From Nitrospirota bacterium (GTDB lineage Bacteria > Nitrospirota > Thermodesulfovibrionia > Thermodesulfovibrionales > Dissulfurispiraceae): a DNA stretch of 64,000 nt. Numbering within the stretch: the stretch's first letter is position 1; every line of letters begins with the position of its first letter. Shown here piece by piece: positions 25,658 to 36,349 of the stretch. The notes under the pieces are model-generated. The model was not told the origin of the DNA and did not search any database. It saw only the letters and a program-made list of their open reading frames with translations. The position numbers and the translations under genes were made by a program. The stretch is from assembly GCA_963710375.1 (NCBI GenBank), contig CAVPZX010000005.1:384001-448000 (forward strand), read 5' to 3'.

Positions 25658-26581
25658 ATGGACCTTTACCTGATCGACGGAAACTCCTATTTCCACAGGG
25701 CTTTCCATGCCATAAAAGCGCTTGCGAACTCAAAAGGCGCTCCCACAAACGCCATTTATGGTTTCACCACCATGATACTAAAGATACTCCGGGAGAAAAA
25801 ACCTGATGCCCTGGCAATAGTCTTTGATTCTCCGGTGCCGACCCAACGGCACAAGCTCTACGAGCAATATAAGGCGCATCGGCCCGAAACACCCGGCGAT
25901 CTTATCATTCAGATTCCCCGGATCAAGGAGATCATAAAGGCCTTCAATATTCCAGTTTTCGAAATGCCGGGCTACGAGGCGGACGATGTGATCTGCACAC
26001 TTGCAAGGAAGGCCGCTTCACAGCTGTCCCGCGTATTTATTGTCACCGGTGATAAAGACATGATGCAGGCGGTTGATAGTTTCATTAAAATTTACGATCC
26101 TATGAAAGACGTAGTTATTGACAAGGAATATATAACCGGGCGCTTCGAAATGCCTCCTCAAAATATTGCTGAAATTATGGCACTTACAGGAGATGCTGTC
26201 GATAATATACCTGGAGTAAAGGGCATAGGAGAGAAAACCGCGAAAGGACTTCTCTTGAAGGCAGGGGGGCTGGACAATCTGCTGAGTCATCCCGAAAAGA
26301 TCGACAATGTGCGTCTGAGAAAGCTTATCATCGACAACATCGGGGATATACGGCTTAGCAAGGAGCTTGCAACCATAGATATGGGCCTGCCTGTTGAGGC
26401 GCATCTGGAGGACCTTATGATCAAAGAGCCTGATTGGGCAGCGCTTCTTCACCTGTTTACAGAATTGGAATTCAGAAGCCTTCTAAAGCTCATCCCCTCT
26501 CATGGCTATGCGCCACGCGGAGAATATTTCACGATCACAAGCCGTAAACATCTTAAGGAATTCCTCGGGCTTGCCAGATGA
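25658..26581 (+). CDS. polA: DNA polymerase I, 5'-3' exonuclease portion
   Basis: LIDGNSYFHRAFHA, YEADD, GDKD, DNIPGVKGIGEKTA; stop overlaps next ATG (ATGA). Confidence 0.9.
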   Translation: MDLYLIDGNSYFHRAFHAIKALANSKGAPTNAIYGFTTMILKILREKKPDALAIVFDSPVPTQRHKLYEQYKAHRPETPGDLIIQIPRIKEIIKAFNIPVFEMPGYEADDVICTLARKAASQLSRVFIVTGDKDMMQAVDSFIKIYDPMKDVVIDKEYITGRFEMPPQNIAEIMALTGDAVDNIPGVKGIGEKTAKGLLLKAGGLDNLLSHPEKIDNVRLRKLIIDNIGDIRLSKELATIDMGLPVEAHLEDLMIKEPDWAALLHLFTELEFRSLLKLIPSHGYAPRGEYFTITSRKHLKEFLGLAR

Positions 26582-28371
26582 AACAATGTTCGCTTTTCGG
26601 AGATAGTGTAAATGATTCACAGCAAGAAGTTCACGCGGTAATCGATACCGGCACTATTTCTGAATTATCGTTCGATATTGAGGCGACGGGGAGGGACCCC
26701 CTTAGTGATTCAATTGTAGGAATAGCCCTTTGCAAGGAAAAAGGAAGATCATATTATGTTCCGGTCAGGCACACCGGACCATGCAATGTTCAGGATGCCC
26801 TGTCCATTTTGACGCCTGTACTTGAGGACCCTGCCGTAGCAAAGGTAGGACATAATCTGAAATACGATATGCTGATACTTAGGCAGGAGGGAATTCACGT
26901 GAGAGGAATGCTCTATGATACCATGGTGGCGTCCTACCTGCTGAACCCGATTAAGCCTGACCACAGCCTCCAGGATTCGGCAGTTGAGCACCTCGGGCAC
27001 AAGAAACGCCCGTTTACCGAAGTCCTGGGCAAACGGGCATCGTTTGCAGAGGTCCCCATTGAAGAGGCTACGCAGTATGCTGCCGAAGATGCCGAACTGG
27101 CAATGGAACTGAAAGATATTCTCTTTGACAAGCTGCAAAGTGCCGGACTGCAACGCATCTACTTTGAAATCGAAATGCCGCTTATCTATATACTGACTGA
27201 TATGGAAGAGACCGGAATCAAAATTAATAGAGAACGTACCGAGGAATTATCAAAGGAACTCGACCGTGAGCTGGAGGAGCTGCAGTCAAAGATATATATA
27301 CTTGCCGGCAGCACCTTTAACATAAACTCTCCGCGTCAGCTCGGCAAGGTGCTCTTCGATGACCTCGGGCTGAAGCCGATGAAAAAAACTAAAACCGGCT
27401 TTTCTACAAGTATGGATGTCCTTGAGGAACTCTCAAAGAGCCACGAACTTCCACGAGAAATACTTAATTACAGGTCTTTTTATAAGCTCAAGACAACCTA
27501 TACTGATGCGTTGCCTAAACTTATCAATGCAAGAACCGGCCGGATCCATACCTCTTTTAACCAGACAGTCACTTCAACAGGAAGGCTTAGCAGCAGCGAT
27601 CCCAATCTTCAGAATATTCCCATTCGTGGTGAGTGGGGGACTAAAATCAGAGAGATTTTTATTGCTGACAAAGGTCATATGCTTGTCTCAGCAGACTATT
27701 CCCAGATTGAGTTGCGGATATTGGCACATATGAGTGAAGACGAAAGCCTTATTGACGCTTTTAAAAAAAACATCGACGTTCATACCAGAACAGCCTCGGA
27801 GATATTCGGGGTGCCGCTCGAAGCAGTGACCTCCGACATGAGGAGGGCGGCAAAAGTCGTGAATTTCGGGATCGTGTATGGTATGAGTGCCTATGGCTTA
27901 TCTGACGCACTCTCTATTAGCCCCAAAGAGGCAGCCGTCTACATAGAAAATTATTTTAAAAAGCATGACGGGGTAAAGCGTTTTATGGAACATACTATAC
28001 AGATTGCCAGGCAGAAGGGATACGTCACCACACTTCTGGGCAGAATAAGACCCCTACCTGAAATCACCAGCACCAATGCGGCGATCAGACAGCAGGCAGA
28101 GAGGCTGGCCATTAATACACCTGTTCAGGGCACAGCTGCTGATTTGATTAAAATAGCGATGGTGCGCGTTTCAAAGGCGCTGCAGGCGAGAAATCTTTCA
28201 ACGAAAATGCTGCTGCAGATCCATGACGAGCTTCTTTTTGAAGTGCCGGAAAATGAGATCGACGAAATCCAGGAGTTAATCGCCTTGGAAATGGAGGCTG
28301 CCCTCGATCTTTCGGTCCCACTAAAAGTGGAGTTTGGGCGGGGAAATAACTGGGCGGATGCCCACCATTGA
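26578..28371 (+). CDS. polA: DNA polymerase I, 3'-5' exonuclease + polymerase (Klenow) portion
   Basis: FDIE, HNLKYD, YAAED exo motifs; DYSQIELR, RRAAKVVNFGIVYG, QIHDEL. Confidence 0.92.
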   Translation: MKQCSLFGDSVNDSQQEVHAVIDTGTISELSFDIEATGRDPLSDSIVGIALCKEKGRSYYVPVRHTGPCNVQDALSILTPVLEDPAVAKVGHNLKYDMLILRQEGIHVRGMLYDTMVASYLLNPIKPDHSLQDSAVEHLGHKKRPFTEVLGKRASFAEVPIEEATQYAAEDAELAMELKDILFDKLQSAGLQRIYFEIEMPLIYILTDMEETGIKINRERTEELSKELDRELEELQSKIYILAGSTFNINSPRQLGKVLFDDLGLKPMKKTKTGFSTSMDVLEELSKSHELPREILNYRSFYKLKTTYTDALPKLINARTGRIHTSFNQTVTSTGRLSSSDPNLQNIPIRGEWGTKIREIFIADKGHMLVSADYSQIELRILAHMSEDESLIDAFKKNIDVHTRTASEIFGVPLEAVTSDMRRAAKVVNFGIVYGMSAYGLSDALSISPKEAAVYIENYFKKHDGVKRFMEHTIQIARQKGYVTTLLGRIRPLPEITSTNAAIRQQAERLAINTPVQGTAADLIKIAMVRVSKALQARNLSTKMLLQIHDELLFEVPENEIDEIQELIALEMEAALDLSVPLKVEFGRGNNWADAHH

Positions 28372-28484
28372 AAATTATATTCTTCCATTTTTCCCTTGAC
28401 AAATAAGCATCTTCTTGTTATCGTGTATACCAGTCTTGAAATTATAAAAAACTTTTTTATTGGGAGAAAGGGGGGAACAAGGAT

Positions 28485-28757
28485 ATGACTAAGGCAGATC
28501 TTATAGACAAAATTGCATCGGGCGCAAGTCTCTCAAAGACTGATGCGGGCAAGGCACTGGATGCAACTGTTGATGCAGTTAAATTAGCTCTCAAAAAAGG
28601 GCACAAAGTGACGCTGGTCGGTTTCGGAACATTTTCAGTTTCAAAAAGAAAAGCGAGAAAGGGCCGCAACCCTAGGACAGGCGCAGAAATCAAGATACCC
28701 GCAGCAAAGGTTCCAAAATTTACTGCTGGAAAGACATTAAAAGACGCTGTGAAGTAA
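28485..28757 (+). CDS. hup: DNA-binding protein HU
   Basis: GFGTF...RKGRNPRTG...[10 protein letters not shown]. Confidence 0.96.
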   Translation: MTKADLIDKIASGASLSKTDAGKALDATVDAVKLALKKGHKVTLVGFGTFSVSKRKARKGRNPRTGAEIKIPAAKVPKFTAGKTLKDAVK

Positions 28758-28830
28758 ACATTAACGGGGCAAGCGAGAAGTTATAGTTATAAATAGATAT
28801 CCCAATAACTCTTGGTAAACTGTTAGAGAT

Positions 28831-28866
28831 AAGAGGTGAGGAGATCACTCCCCCACCTCTTTTTTA
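28831..28866 (+). terminator. Rho-independent terminator after hup
   Basis: AAGAGGTG...CACCTCTT stem followed by a T-tract. Confidence 0.7.
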
Positions 28867-28997
28867 TTGCAAATTAAAGGCAGGCAAAGGTAAAGGTATA
28901 GGTATAGGTAGAGAAAAAGTCTGATAAAAGCTGTCTTAGTTTTTTTGGATCTATACCTATACCTTTACCTTTGCCTGTTGTTATACTTCAGGCATAC

Positions 28998-29879
28998 ATG
29001 GACCGTAAGGAAACAACAATACTCGCCGCAGTTGATCTGGGCGCTGATACAGAGAAAGTCCTCTCTTATGCATTATGGTTGTCGCAGGCCCTTGCTGATG
29101 GCAGCGGGGACATCACAATCCTCAACGTCATGGATTATGCCCTCACCCCCCCGTCGTATCTTCTGCCCTATATGGAAAAAGAAGAAGAGGCAACTTGTAT
29201 GGAACTTAAGCAATGGGCTGATCGCCTGAAACAATACGATGGGACCGCGACTGTCAGGCTTGGAGTCGGCATGCTTGTCGAAACATTCAGCAAGACAATG
29301 CATGCTCTTAATGTCACCGCCATGGTGCTCGGGCATAAATCTCATGTGATACGGACAAGCAGTTCAGAGAGGCTCATAAAATCGCTTAACGTGCCGATGC
29401 TGGTTGTTCGGGGCAGGAAAGCGGATAGTGCCGTATTGGGATCGATCGTTATAAAGAATATTTTGTGCGCTGTCGATTTTTCCGTTCATTCAAACAGGGC
29501 GCTTGAGTTTGCGCATGCTATAGCTGAGAAGAATTCATCGGGGCTGCAGGTTGCCCATATTCTTTCCAGCCTCAAGCTGGAAAAGAGTTTTGCCAGTCTC
29601 AGGAATTTGAGCGAAGAGGACAAAAAGAACTATCGGGACCATGCAATTCAGGAGGCTGAGAAAGCTATGTCCTCTCCGGCAAATGTATGCGACGCGGCGG
29701 TGCGCATTATTAAAATAGGTGTCCCCTATAAGGCCGTCAATGAGATTGCTTCGGAGAGAGACTCTGATCTGATTGTCATCGGGGCCCAGGGAGTGTCCTC
29801 CACAAAGGGAGTCCTGCTCGGAAGCATAGCTGAAGCTCTAATCAAATCTTCACCTTGTCCTGTAATGCTCGTTCGCTGA
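28998..29879 (+). CDS. Universal stress protein (tandem USP domains)
   Basis: ILAAVDL and ILCAVDFS starts; DLIVIGAQG...LGSIAEALIKSSPCPVMLVR. Confidence 0.9.
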   Translation: MDRKETTILAAVDLGADTEKVLSYALWLSQALADGSGDITILNVMDYALTPPSYLLPYMEKEEEATCMELKQWADRLKQYDGTATVRLGVGMLVETFSKTMHALNVTAMVLGHKSHVIRTSSSERLIKSLNVPMLVVRGRKADSAVLGSIVIKNILCAVDFSVHSNRALEFAHAIAEKNSSGLQVAHILSSLKLEKSFASLRNLSEEDKKNYRDHAIQEAEKAMSSPANVCDAAVRIIKIGVPYKAVNEIASERDSDLIVIGAQGVSSTKGVLLGSIAEALIKSSPCPVMLVR

Positions 29880-30925
29880 TGATACAGCCGATCCTGTTTC
29901 TCATTGGCAGCCTTTTTATGATTTTGGTCAGTGCTGAGTTTTTTACCAATGGGGTTGAATCCTTCGGCAGGCGTCTCTCCTTATCACAGGCTGTTGTCGG
30001 AAGCGTTTTGGCCGCAATCGGCACTGCCTTGCCGGAGACAATCCTGCCCCTGGTCGCCATCCTCCTGCACGGCGATAATACTGCAAGGAAGATCGGTGTC
30101 GGTGCAATCCTTGGCGCTCCCTTCATGCTTTCGACGCTCGCCTTTTTTGTTGTAGGGGCGACAGTAGTATTCGGTATGCTCAGAAAAAAAAGAAAATTCG
30201 TGCTTTATGTAGATACCAGTTCTATAAGACGCGACCTCATCTTTTTCATCATCATGTACGGCTCAGCTATCTTTTTGCCACTTCTCGTACCGTACAGTCA
30301 TCTCCTGATTGCAGGATTGCTTGTAACCGGCTATGTGCTGTACGTATACTCGACATTTAAGGCCGAAAGTGCCGAGATACTCCATGCCGATCAGCTGCAT
30401 TTTGAAAAGCTGTTGTCCGACTTTAGGAGGCTCGCAGGTTTGCAACTGCGATCGGCCCGGGCAGAGCCATACAAGACCACTTCTTTGATACTTATTTGCT
30501 TTCAGATAACCGCTTCGCTCAGCGTCATGGTAGGCGGCGCACATATATTTGTCGGGAGTCTCGAAAAACTTTCACTCTCGTGGGGCATGAGTCCCCTGCT
30601 GTTTGCCCTGCTGGTCGCGCCGATTGCCACGGAATTGCCCGAGAAATTCAATAGCGTGACATGGACGCTGAAAGGCAGAGACACGCTTGCCATGGGAAAC
30701 ATAACCGGTGCAATGGTTTTTCAGACAACATTTCCTGTCTCGGTAGGGTTACTGTTTACAGAATGGCATATCTCAGGACTGGCGCTCCTCTCAGCAGTCC
30801 TGGCATTGATATCAGCCTTGATCGTCCTGGTAAATATTCAGATCGGCAAGAAAATCTCACCTGCCGCAATGCTTTTTGGAGGCGTAATTTACACGATCTT
30901 TGCGCTATCCGTATTGTTAAAGTGA
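29879..30925 (+). CDS. Sodium:calcium antiporter family membrane protein
   Basis: Two alpha-repeats (GTALPE, ATELPE); multiple TM helices. Confidence 0.88.
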   Translation: MIQPILFLIGSLFMILVSAEFFTNGVESFGRRLSLSQAVVGSVLAAIGTALPETILPLVAILLHGDNTARKIGVGAILGAPFMLSTLAFFVVGATVVFGMLRKKRKFVLYVDTSSIRRDLIFFIIMYGSAIFLPLLVPYSHLLIAGLLVTGYVLYVYSTFKAESAEILHADQLHFEKLLSDFRRLAGLQLRSARAEPYKTTSLILICFQITASLSVMVGGAHIFVGSLEKLSLSWGMSPLLFALLVAPIATELPEKFNSVTWTLKGRDTLAMGNITGAMVFQTTFPVSVGLLFTEWHISGLALLSAVLALISALIVLVNIQIGKKISPAAMLFGGVIYTIFALSVLLK

Positions 30926-31110
30926 CTGCAATTCAGACAGTACGGGGTAATTTTTCTTTGCGAGCGATTAGCCCTCTGTACCAGCCCTGCTGCCTATACG
31001 GAAGATAAACTTTGTTCCAGCTATATATGTTGGGCTCGGCGTTACTCGCCCCTGCAGATAACCCAGGCGCTCGACTGCAGAAAAACAACCCCGTACTGTC
31101 TGAATTGCAG
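30926..31110. mobile_element. MITE-like element family A, copy 1 (185 bp) with 9-bp target-site duplication
   Basis: Terminal IR CTGCAATTCAGACAGTACGGGGT / ACCCCGTACTGTCTGAATTGCAG; TTAAAGTGA directly repeated at 30917-30925 and 31111-31119. Confidence 0.85.
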
Positions 31111-31144
31111 TTAAAGTGAAGAGTCAGAATTTAGTTTTTATTGA

Positions 31145-33112
31145 CTACTGCTTACTTCTAACTTGATCATTGATGAACTTCTGCAGGTTTTTGCTGTTGT
31201 CGATCGGCTCATAGCATACATCCCCTGCACATGGGATAATGCGGTTATGGTCTTCTTTGTATGCGATGCTCATGTAAGGGGCAAACAGAGATAGGGCAGC
31301 GGCGGCGAGACTGCTCTCCGGTTGGGCCTCCACCGTAAGTTGTAACGTATGAAAATACGCATCGAGCCCGCAAAAGTAATATCCGGCATGGATGCTTAAT
31401 TCGCGCACCTGGGTCGAGAATGCCTCAAGAGCGGTCGCTGCATATTGGCGATATATTGATTTCTCGGTTGCGTAAAATAATTTAAGCAGTTGCATGATTC
31501 CAGCAGCATTAGCTGATGGGTTGGGTATGTCCTCTATCCCCTTAAGTCTTAGACCGAGCACTGCTGTGTCGGAGTCAAAAAATCCACCTTCGGCCTTGTC
31601 CCAGAAGCTCTCCAGACACCGCTCCATAAGTTCATCTGCCCTGCCCATATAATACCTATTGCCGGTTACCTCATATGCGGCGACCAGCGCCTCGATCAAA
31701 TATATGTAATCATCCGGCAGGGCCTTTATTCCATCTGAGTGGAACAGTTCGTTCCCTGATGAACGGATTTGCAGTATTCTGTTCAGGCTTTTTAGCGCAA
31801 AATCTTTAACCTCACCATCTTTAAGCGCACGGTATGCTTTAAAATACGATGTGAGGAGCATGCCGTTCAATGAAGTATAAAGTGTGGTATCTATAAAGGG
31901 TTCTTCCCTTGTTTGGCGTGACTGAAGAAGCTTTTTTTTGCCCACGCTTACCAGCCTGTCAACCCGTTCCTGATCCATTTTGAGAGTACGTGCAATTTCA
32001 GCCGTTTCCATGGCAATAAAAAGGACGTGCTTCGATTTGTCATGGTGCATACTGCCTTTGTCATGGAGCAAATGAAGGGTGAGGACCTGAAACTCCTCAT
32101 CATTCAGAACGCTTCTGAAATCATCTTCAGTCCAGGTAAAGTACCCTCCTTCGTCGTCAGCAGTAACGTCGGCATCCTGACTCGCGTAAAACCCGCCATC
32201 CCTGCTTGAGAGAATGTCCATGGTAAAACTGATAATACCCCGCGCAACCTCCATGAAGTAGCCGGTGCCGAAGATTGAGTAAGCGTCAATATAATTTCTC
32301 AGAAGCCAGGCGTTATCATCGGCCATTTTCTCGAAGTGAGGGACGATCCATTTATCGTCAACAGAGTAGCGGTGAAATCCGCCCTTAAGTTGGTCATGGA
32401 ACCCGCCTTTCGCCATTGACTCTAGCATCTTTTTGGCAGCGTTGCCGCTCGACTCATCGCCGGTAAGAAAATACCTGTAAAGCAGGAATGATGCCGCACC
32501 GGGCATAGGAAATTTCGGGGCCGTGCCGAACCCTCCGTTTTGCGGGTCAAACAGAGAGAGCATTGTGCTCTGCGCGACGTCAAGCATCGCGCTGTTTATT
32601 TCTCCCTTAACCATAGCATCCGGCCTGATAAAATCCATGAGCCGTTCAGTATAACTGTTGACTTCCTCTCTGCTGGAACGGTAAAGGTCAATAATTGCCT
32701 GGAGCACTTTTTTAAAACCCGGTCTTCCTTGACTGTCTTCAGGAGGGAAATAGGTGCCGCCGAAAAACGGTTTTTTGTCCGGGGTAAGAAACACGCTGAG
32801 AGGCCATCCTCCCGCTGCTCCCATTGCTGATACGGCACGCTGGTAACGCCTGTCTATATCTGGCCGCTCATCCCTGTCGAGTTTTATGCTCACAAAATGG
32901 CTGTTGAGCAGAGCGGCGACGCCGTCATCAAAAAAACATTCGTTTGCCATCACATGGCACCAGTGGCACCATATTGCACCGGAACTCAGGAAAACCGGTT
33001 TGTCCTCGATGCGCGCTTTTTCGAAAGCTTCTTCAGACCATGGATACCAGTCTATTTTTTGAGCGGCGGAATGTGCAAGGTAAGGAGATTTCTCATTAGC
33101 GAGTCTGCTCAT
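31145..33112 (-). CDS. Thioredoxin-domain protein, YyaL/SSP411 (DUF255) family
   Basis: RLANEKSPYL, WCHWCHVM, DRDERPDID, PHFEKM; start trimmed to MSRLAN. Confidence 0.9.
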   Translation of the reverse strand: MSRLANEKSPYLAHSAAQKIDWYPWSEEAFEKARIEDKPVFLSSGAIWCHWCHVMANECFFDDGVAALLNSHFVSIKLDRDERPDIDRRYQRAVSAMGAAGGWPLSVFLTPDKKPFFGGTYFPPEDSQGRPGFKKVLQAIIDLYRSSREEVNSYTERLMDFIRPDAMVKGEINSAMLDVAQSTMLSLFDPQNGGFGTAPKFPMPGAASFLLYRYFLTGDESSGNAAKKMLESMAKGGFHDQLKGGFHRYSVDDKWIVPHFEKMADDNAWLLRNYIDAYSIFGTGYFMEVARGIISFTMDILSSRDGGFYASQDADVTADDEGGYFTWTEDDFRSVLNDEEFQVLTLHLLHDKGSMHHDKSKHVLFIAMETAEIARTLKMDQERVDRLVSVGKKKLLQSRQTREEPFIDTTLYTSLNGMLLTSYFKAYRALKDGEVKDFALKSLNRILQIRSSGNELFHSDGIKALPDDYIYLIEALVAAYEVTGNRYYMGRADELMERCLESFWDKAEGGFFDSDTAVLGLRLKGIEDIPNPSANAAGIMQLLKLFYATEKSIYRQYAATALEAFSTQVRELSIHAGYYFCGLDAYFHTLQLTVEAQPESSLAAAALSLFAPYMSIAYKEDHNRIIPCAGDVCYEPIDNSKNLQKFINDQVRSKQ

Positions 33113-33117
33113 TGATC

Positions 33118-33543
33118 CTAACTGCGAAAGAACCCTAATTTCTCCATCTCGTTGATCGCCCATTCATCTTCAAGCAGCTCGTCTCCGTCCAGGTCTTTTT
33201 TTGTCCGCGCATATTCCTTGAGAAAGTAGTAGGCAAGCTGTTTCTCCAGACTGTTGAGCCGTTTTGCGATGTCGGCAGCAACATCCCTGACTGCCCACCT
33301 CACACTAAGACCGTTGATAATGCCCCCAAGCACCTCGTCACTGATCTCGGATTGCACAACCATCACGAGACGGTTATCCTCGCCGGTGATCAGTTTCATG
33401 GGTTGAGCAGGTTCTTTCAGCGATATGTCTTTCTGATCTGCCCACGATGTTATGTCGGGCACATACTGAATGTCAAAAATGAAGAATTCTCTGCCAAGCC
33501 TTCTCAGCTGGTCATCAAAGTCATCAACAAAAATCATAACCAC
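33118..33543 (-). CDS. Hypothetical protein
   Basis: 141-aa acidic ORF with GAGG SD, directly upstream of the YyaL-like gene. Confidence 0.7.
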   Translation of the reverse strand: MVMIFVDDFDDQLRRLGREFFIFDIQYVPDITSWADQKDISLKEPAQPMKLITGEDNRLVMVVQSEISDEVLGGIINGLSVRWAVRDVAADIAKRLNSLEKQLAYYFLKEYARTKKDLDGDELLEDEWAINEMEKLGFFRS

Positions 33544-33640
33544 CTCTCAAGCATTTATTCGTCATGCCCGAAGTACTTCATCGGGCAGCCAATTCACTGA
33601 TACGATAACTGTATCATAATAGGGATGATTTGTCACGTTA

Positions 33641-33831
33641 ACCCACATTATTCATAAATTTATACAAGGAGCAGGCGGGACATGGTGCTGAGCGGACTTT
33701 GACAGCCTAAGTGACACCAAGGACGGTGGCACAGGCTGTCATAGCCTCGGAGCAAGGCTGGATGCCTTGCGAGAATGAGTGAAGCACTGTGGCCTGACTG
33801 CTCCTTGTATAAATTTATGAATAATGTGGGT
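33641..33831. mobile_element. MITE-like element family B (191 bp), 34-bp perfect terminal IRs flanked by TA
   Basis: ACCCACATTATTCATAAATTTATACAAGGAGCAG (33641-33674) and its exact reverse complement (33798-33831); TA at 33639-40 and 33832-33. Confidence 0.8.
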
Positions 33832-34277
33832 TAGTACGTTGATGGGTCCTCGGGAGGAAGCGCACTCTCATCAAAAGGCATGACCCCGAGCTGCACCATC
33901 ACCGATTCTATTCCTTCAAGCAGCACGGAATAATTGTAATCAGAGAGATTTTCATGTAGTGCCTGTTCAACTATCCGGTCAAAGGCGTCGTAGTCAAACT
34001 CCCTGCCAATCACTCCGGAGCGGACCAGTACATTAAAAACTGTCTTATCGTTGTCAAGGTCGTCATCAACCTTAATTAGAAGCGCTGCCCGTCGCCCGGG
34101 GGAAAGTAAAAACCACTCTGTAGCGCTGATTAAAGCATCATAGAGTGTTACTATGCCGGCTGAGATCTTCCCCTGCCTCAGCCTGCGTTTGCCCCCCCGT
34201 ATGTGAAGCCTTGCCTGTTGCAGGGCCGCTGCTTCCGGACCCAGTTCATCAGCGTTCATCAACCCGGCATGCGGCAT
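33831..34277 (-). CDS. Hypothetical protein
   Basis: About 148 aa, MPHAGLMNADELG...LPPEDPSTY; downstream of SOD on the same strand. Confidence 0.7.
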   Translation of the reverse strand: MPHAGLMNADELGPEAAALQQARLHIRGGKRRLRQGKISAGIVTLYDALISATEWFLLSPGRRAALLIKVDDDLDNDKTVFNVLVRSGVIGREFDYDAFDRIVEQALHENLSDYNYSVLLEGIESVMVQLGVMPFDESALPPEDPSTY

Positions 34278-34361
34278 AAATGTCCTTCGGACAGGCAAAG
34301 GTTGAGAGTAAGACAGGTATAGAAAAAATCTCTAACTTACCCTTAACCTATACCTTTACCT

Positions 34362-34940
34362 TTATTTTAAGCGCGCCTCTACTGTCTTCCAGTCGATATT
34401 TTTGAAGAATGACTGAATATAATCAGCTCTTTTGAGTCCATAATCGGTCATAAAGGCGTGTTCGAAGACGTCCATTATCAATATCGGGTTGCCGCCCGCA
34501 GGATGTCCGGCATCATGCTCATTTATCCAGAAATTGATGAGCTTCCCGTTATTGAGATCCTGGTAAAGGACTGCCCATCCAACGCCTCTCATGGTGCCTG
34601 TAGCCTTGAAGTGCTTCTCCCACGCCTCATAGCTTCCGAAATCCTCTGAAAACTTTGCGGCGAGCTTGCTGTCTTTCTGTATGGCTCCCTTACCGCCCAG
34701 GTTTTCGAAATAATACTCATGCAGCCTCATGCCGTTGAATTCCCATCCGAGCCTCCGCTTCATTTCGGCAAACTCAGGCGTGCCTCCTTTGTCCTCTTTC
34801 ATCAGTGCTTCGAGTAAATCAAGGACCTTGTTTGTGTTCGTGACATAACCCTGGTAAAGAGTAAAATGATTTTTAAGCAATGTCTCGCTGAAGCCTTCCA
34901 TGCCTATTAACTTCCCATAATCCTTTGCTGTGTAAGCCAT
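34362..34940 (-). CDS. Fe/Mn superoxide dismutase family protein
   Basis: Ligands H (KNHF), H (RLHEYYF), DVFEHA. Confidence 0.93.
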   Translation of the reverse strand: MAYTAKDYGKLIGMEGFSETLLKNHFTLYQGYVTNTNKVLDLLEALMKEDKGGTPEFAEMKRRLGWEFNGMRLHEYYFENLGGKGAIQKDSKLAAKFSEDFGSYEAWEKHFKATGTMRGVGWAVLYQDLNNGKLINFWINEHDAGHPAGGNPILIMDVFEHAFMTDYGLKRADYIQSFFKNIDWKTVEARLK

Positions 34941-35211
34941 ACCATCCTCCTTTGAAGTACGAAGTATGAAAAAGTTTATTTAAATACTATCAGATACCAT
35001 AAAAATGTCAAATTACAGCTTCGAAAAGAGACCAGAACGTGTATTTTTTTAATAAGTTGCTGACACTTTATTGACAAATGTTAGTAACTTTTTATTTATG
35101 ATTTCCTTGAACAGCAACGCGAAGACATAGTCCCTGGCTGTGACCTCCTTTTTGCCTTTTTACACTGGTTATGGTATAAGTTTACGAGCATGCGATCAAA
35201 GGAGATGTGCG

Positions 35212-36348
35212 GTGAAAGGGATCCTGAAGATAGCATTTAAGCTTCTGGTGAACGACAAGGGTAAATTTGCAGCGCTTCTTGTCGGTATAACTTTTGCTGT
35301 CTTTTTGATGGTTATGATGACATCGATGTTCGCGGGTATTTTGCACAGGGCATCTTCCACGATTATAAATGTAGGGGCCAAGATATGGGTGATGGATCCT
35401 GCGGTGAATACGCCTGCCAACAGCATCCCGATGCCGGATTATATATTAGACGCGGCACGGAGCATCAACGGAGTCAAATATGCAGTGCCTTTGTATTCGG
35501 GCGCCGGCCTTGTAAAACTCAGGAAAGGCGTTTACCAGGCTGTAACCATCATCGGGCTGGATGATGCAAGTCTCCTTGGCAGTCCACATCTCATTCAGGG
35601 GCACATCGAAGACATCTATGCCGAAAATTCATTTATTGTCGTCAAGGATTCGGAATATCCCAAACTCGGAAGCCCCGGACTCGGCACCGAATTCGAGATA
35701 AACGACAACAGGGGAGTTATTGTCGGCATAGCACGGGTCAATGTCGGCTCCCTGTTCGGAACTCCGACACTGTATACTACCTTCTACAGGGCTATTCAGT
35801 ATATTCCGTCGATGAGGTTCACCATTTCTTATATTCTTATAGAACCAAAGAGCGCTGCAGATATACTACATATCAAACAGCAGATACAATCGCTCGGCTA
35901 TGAAGCCCTGACAAAGGATGAATTCATCCATAAAGTTTCCGAATATTACAAATACCAGACAGGGCTCGGCATAAACGTGATGATAATGACCGTAATAAGT
36001 TTTATTGTCGGGTTGTCAATCTCCGGGCAGACCTTTTATACCTTTATATTGGAGAACCTCGAAAAGTTCGGCGCATTGAAAGCCATAGGCGCCAAAGGGT
36101 CCGAAATGGTATATATGATACTGTTTCAGGCTACTTTCACTGCTCTCACCGGATACGGCATGGGTGTAGGACTGGCCTCGCTGATAATAGCCTTCGCCAA
36201 ACTCAGGCTGCCGAGCTATGCAGCAATGATAACTTTTACGAATCTCGCATTTGCTTTTGTGATGGTATTGATAATAGCCGCAATATCGAGTTATATCGGA
36301 GTAAGAAAAGTGATAAGGATAGAGCCGTTCGACATATTCAGGGGTTAA
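35212..36348 (+). CDS. ABC exporter permease (FtsX/DevC-like)
   Basis: N-terminal TM, periplasmic domain, FGALKAIGA, three C-terminal TMs; GTG start after AGGAG. Confidence 0.88.
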   Translation: MKGILKIAFKLLVNDKGKFAALLVGITFAVFLMVMMTSMFAGILHRASSTIINVGAKIWVMDPAVNTPANSIPMPDYILDAARSINGVKYAVPLYSGAGLVKLRKGVYQAVTIIGLDDASLLGSPHLIQGHIEDIYAENSFIVVKDSEYPKLGSPGLGTEFEINDNRGVIVGIARVNVGSLFGTPTLYTTFYRAIQYIPSMRFTISYILIEPKSAADILHIKQQIQSLGYEALTKDEFIHKVSEYYKYQTGLGINVMIMTVISFIVGLSISGQTFYTFILENLEKFGALKAIGAKGSEMVYMILFQATFTALTGYGMGVGLASLIIAFAKLRLPSYAAMITFTNLAFAFVMVLIIAAISSYIGVRKVIRIEPFDIFRG

Positions 36349-36349
36349 G

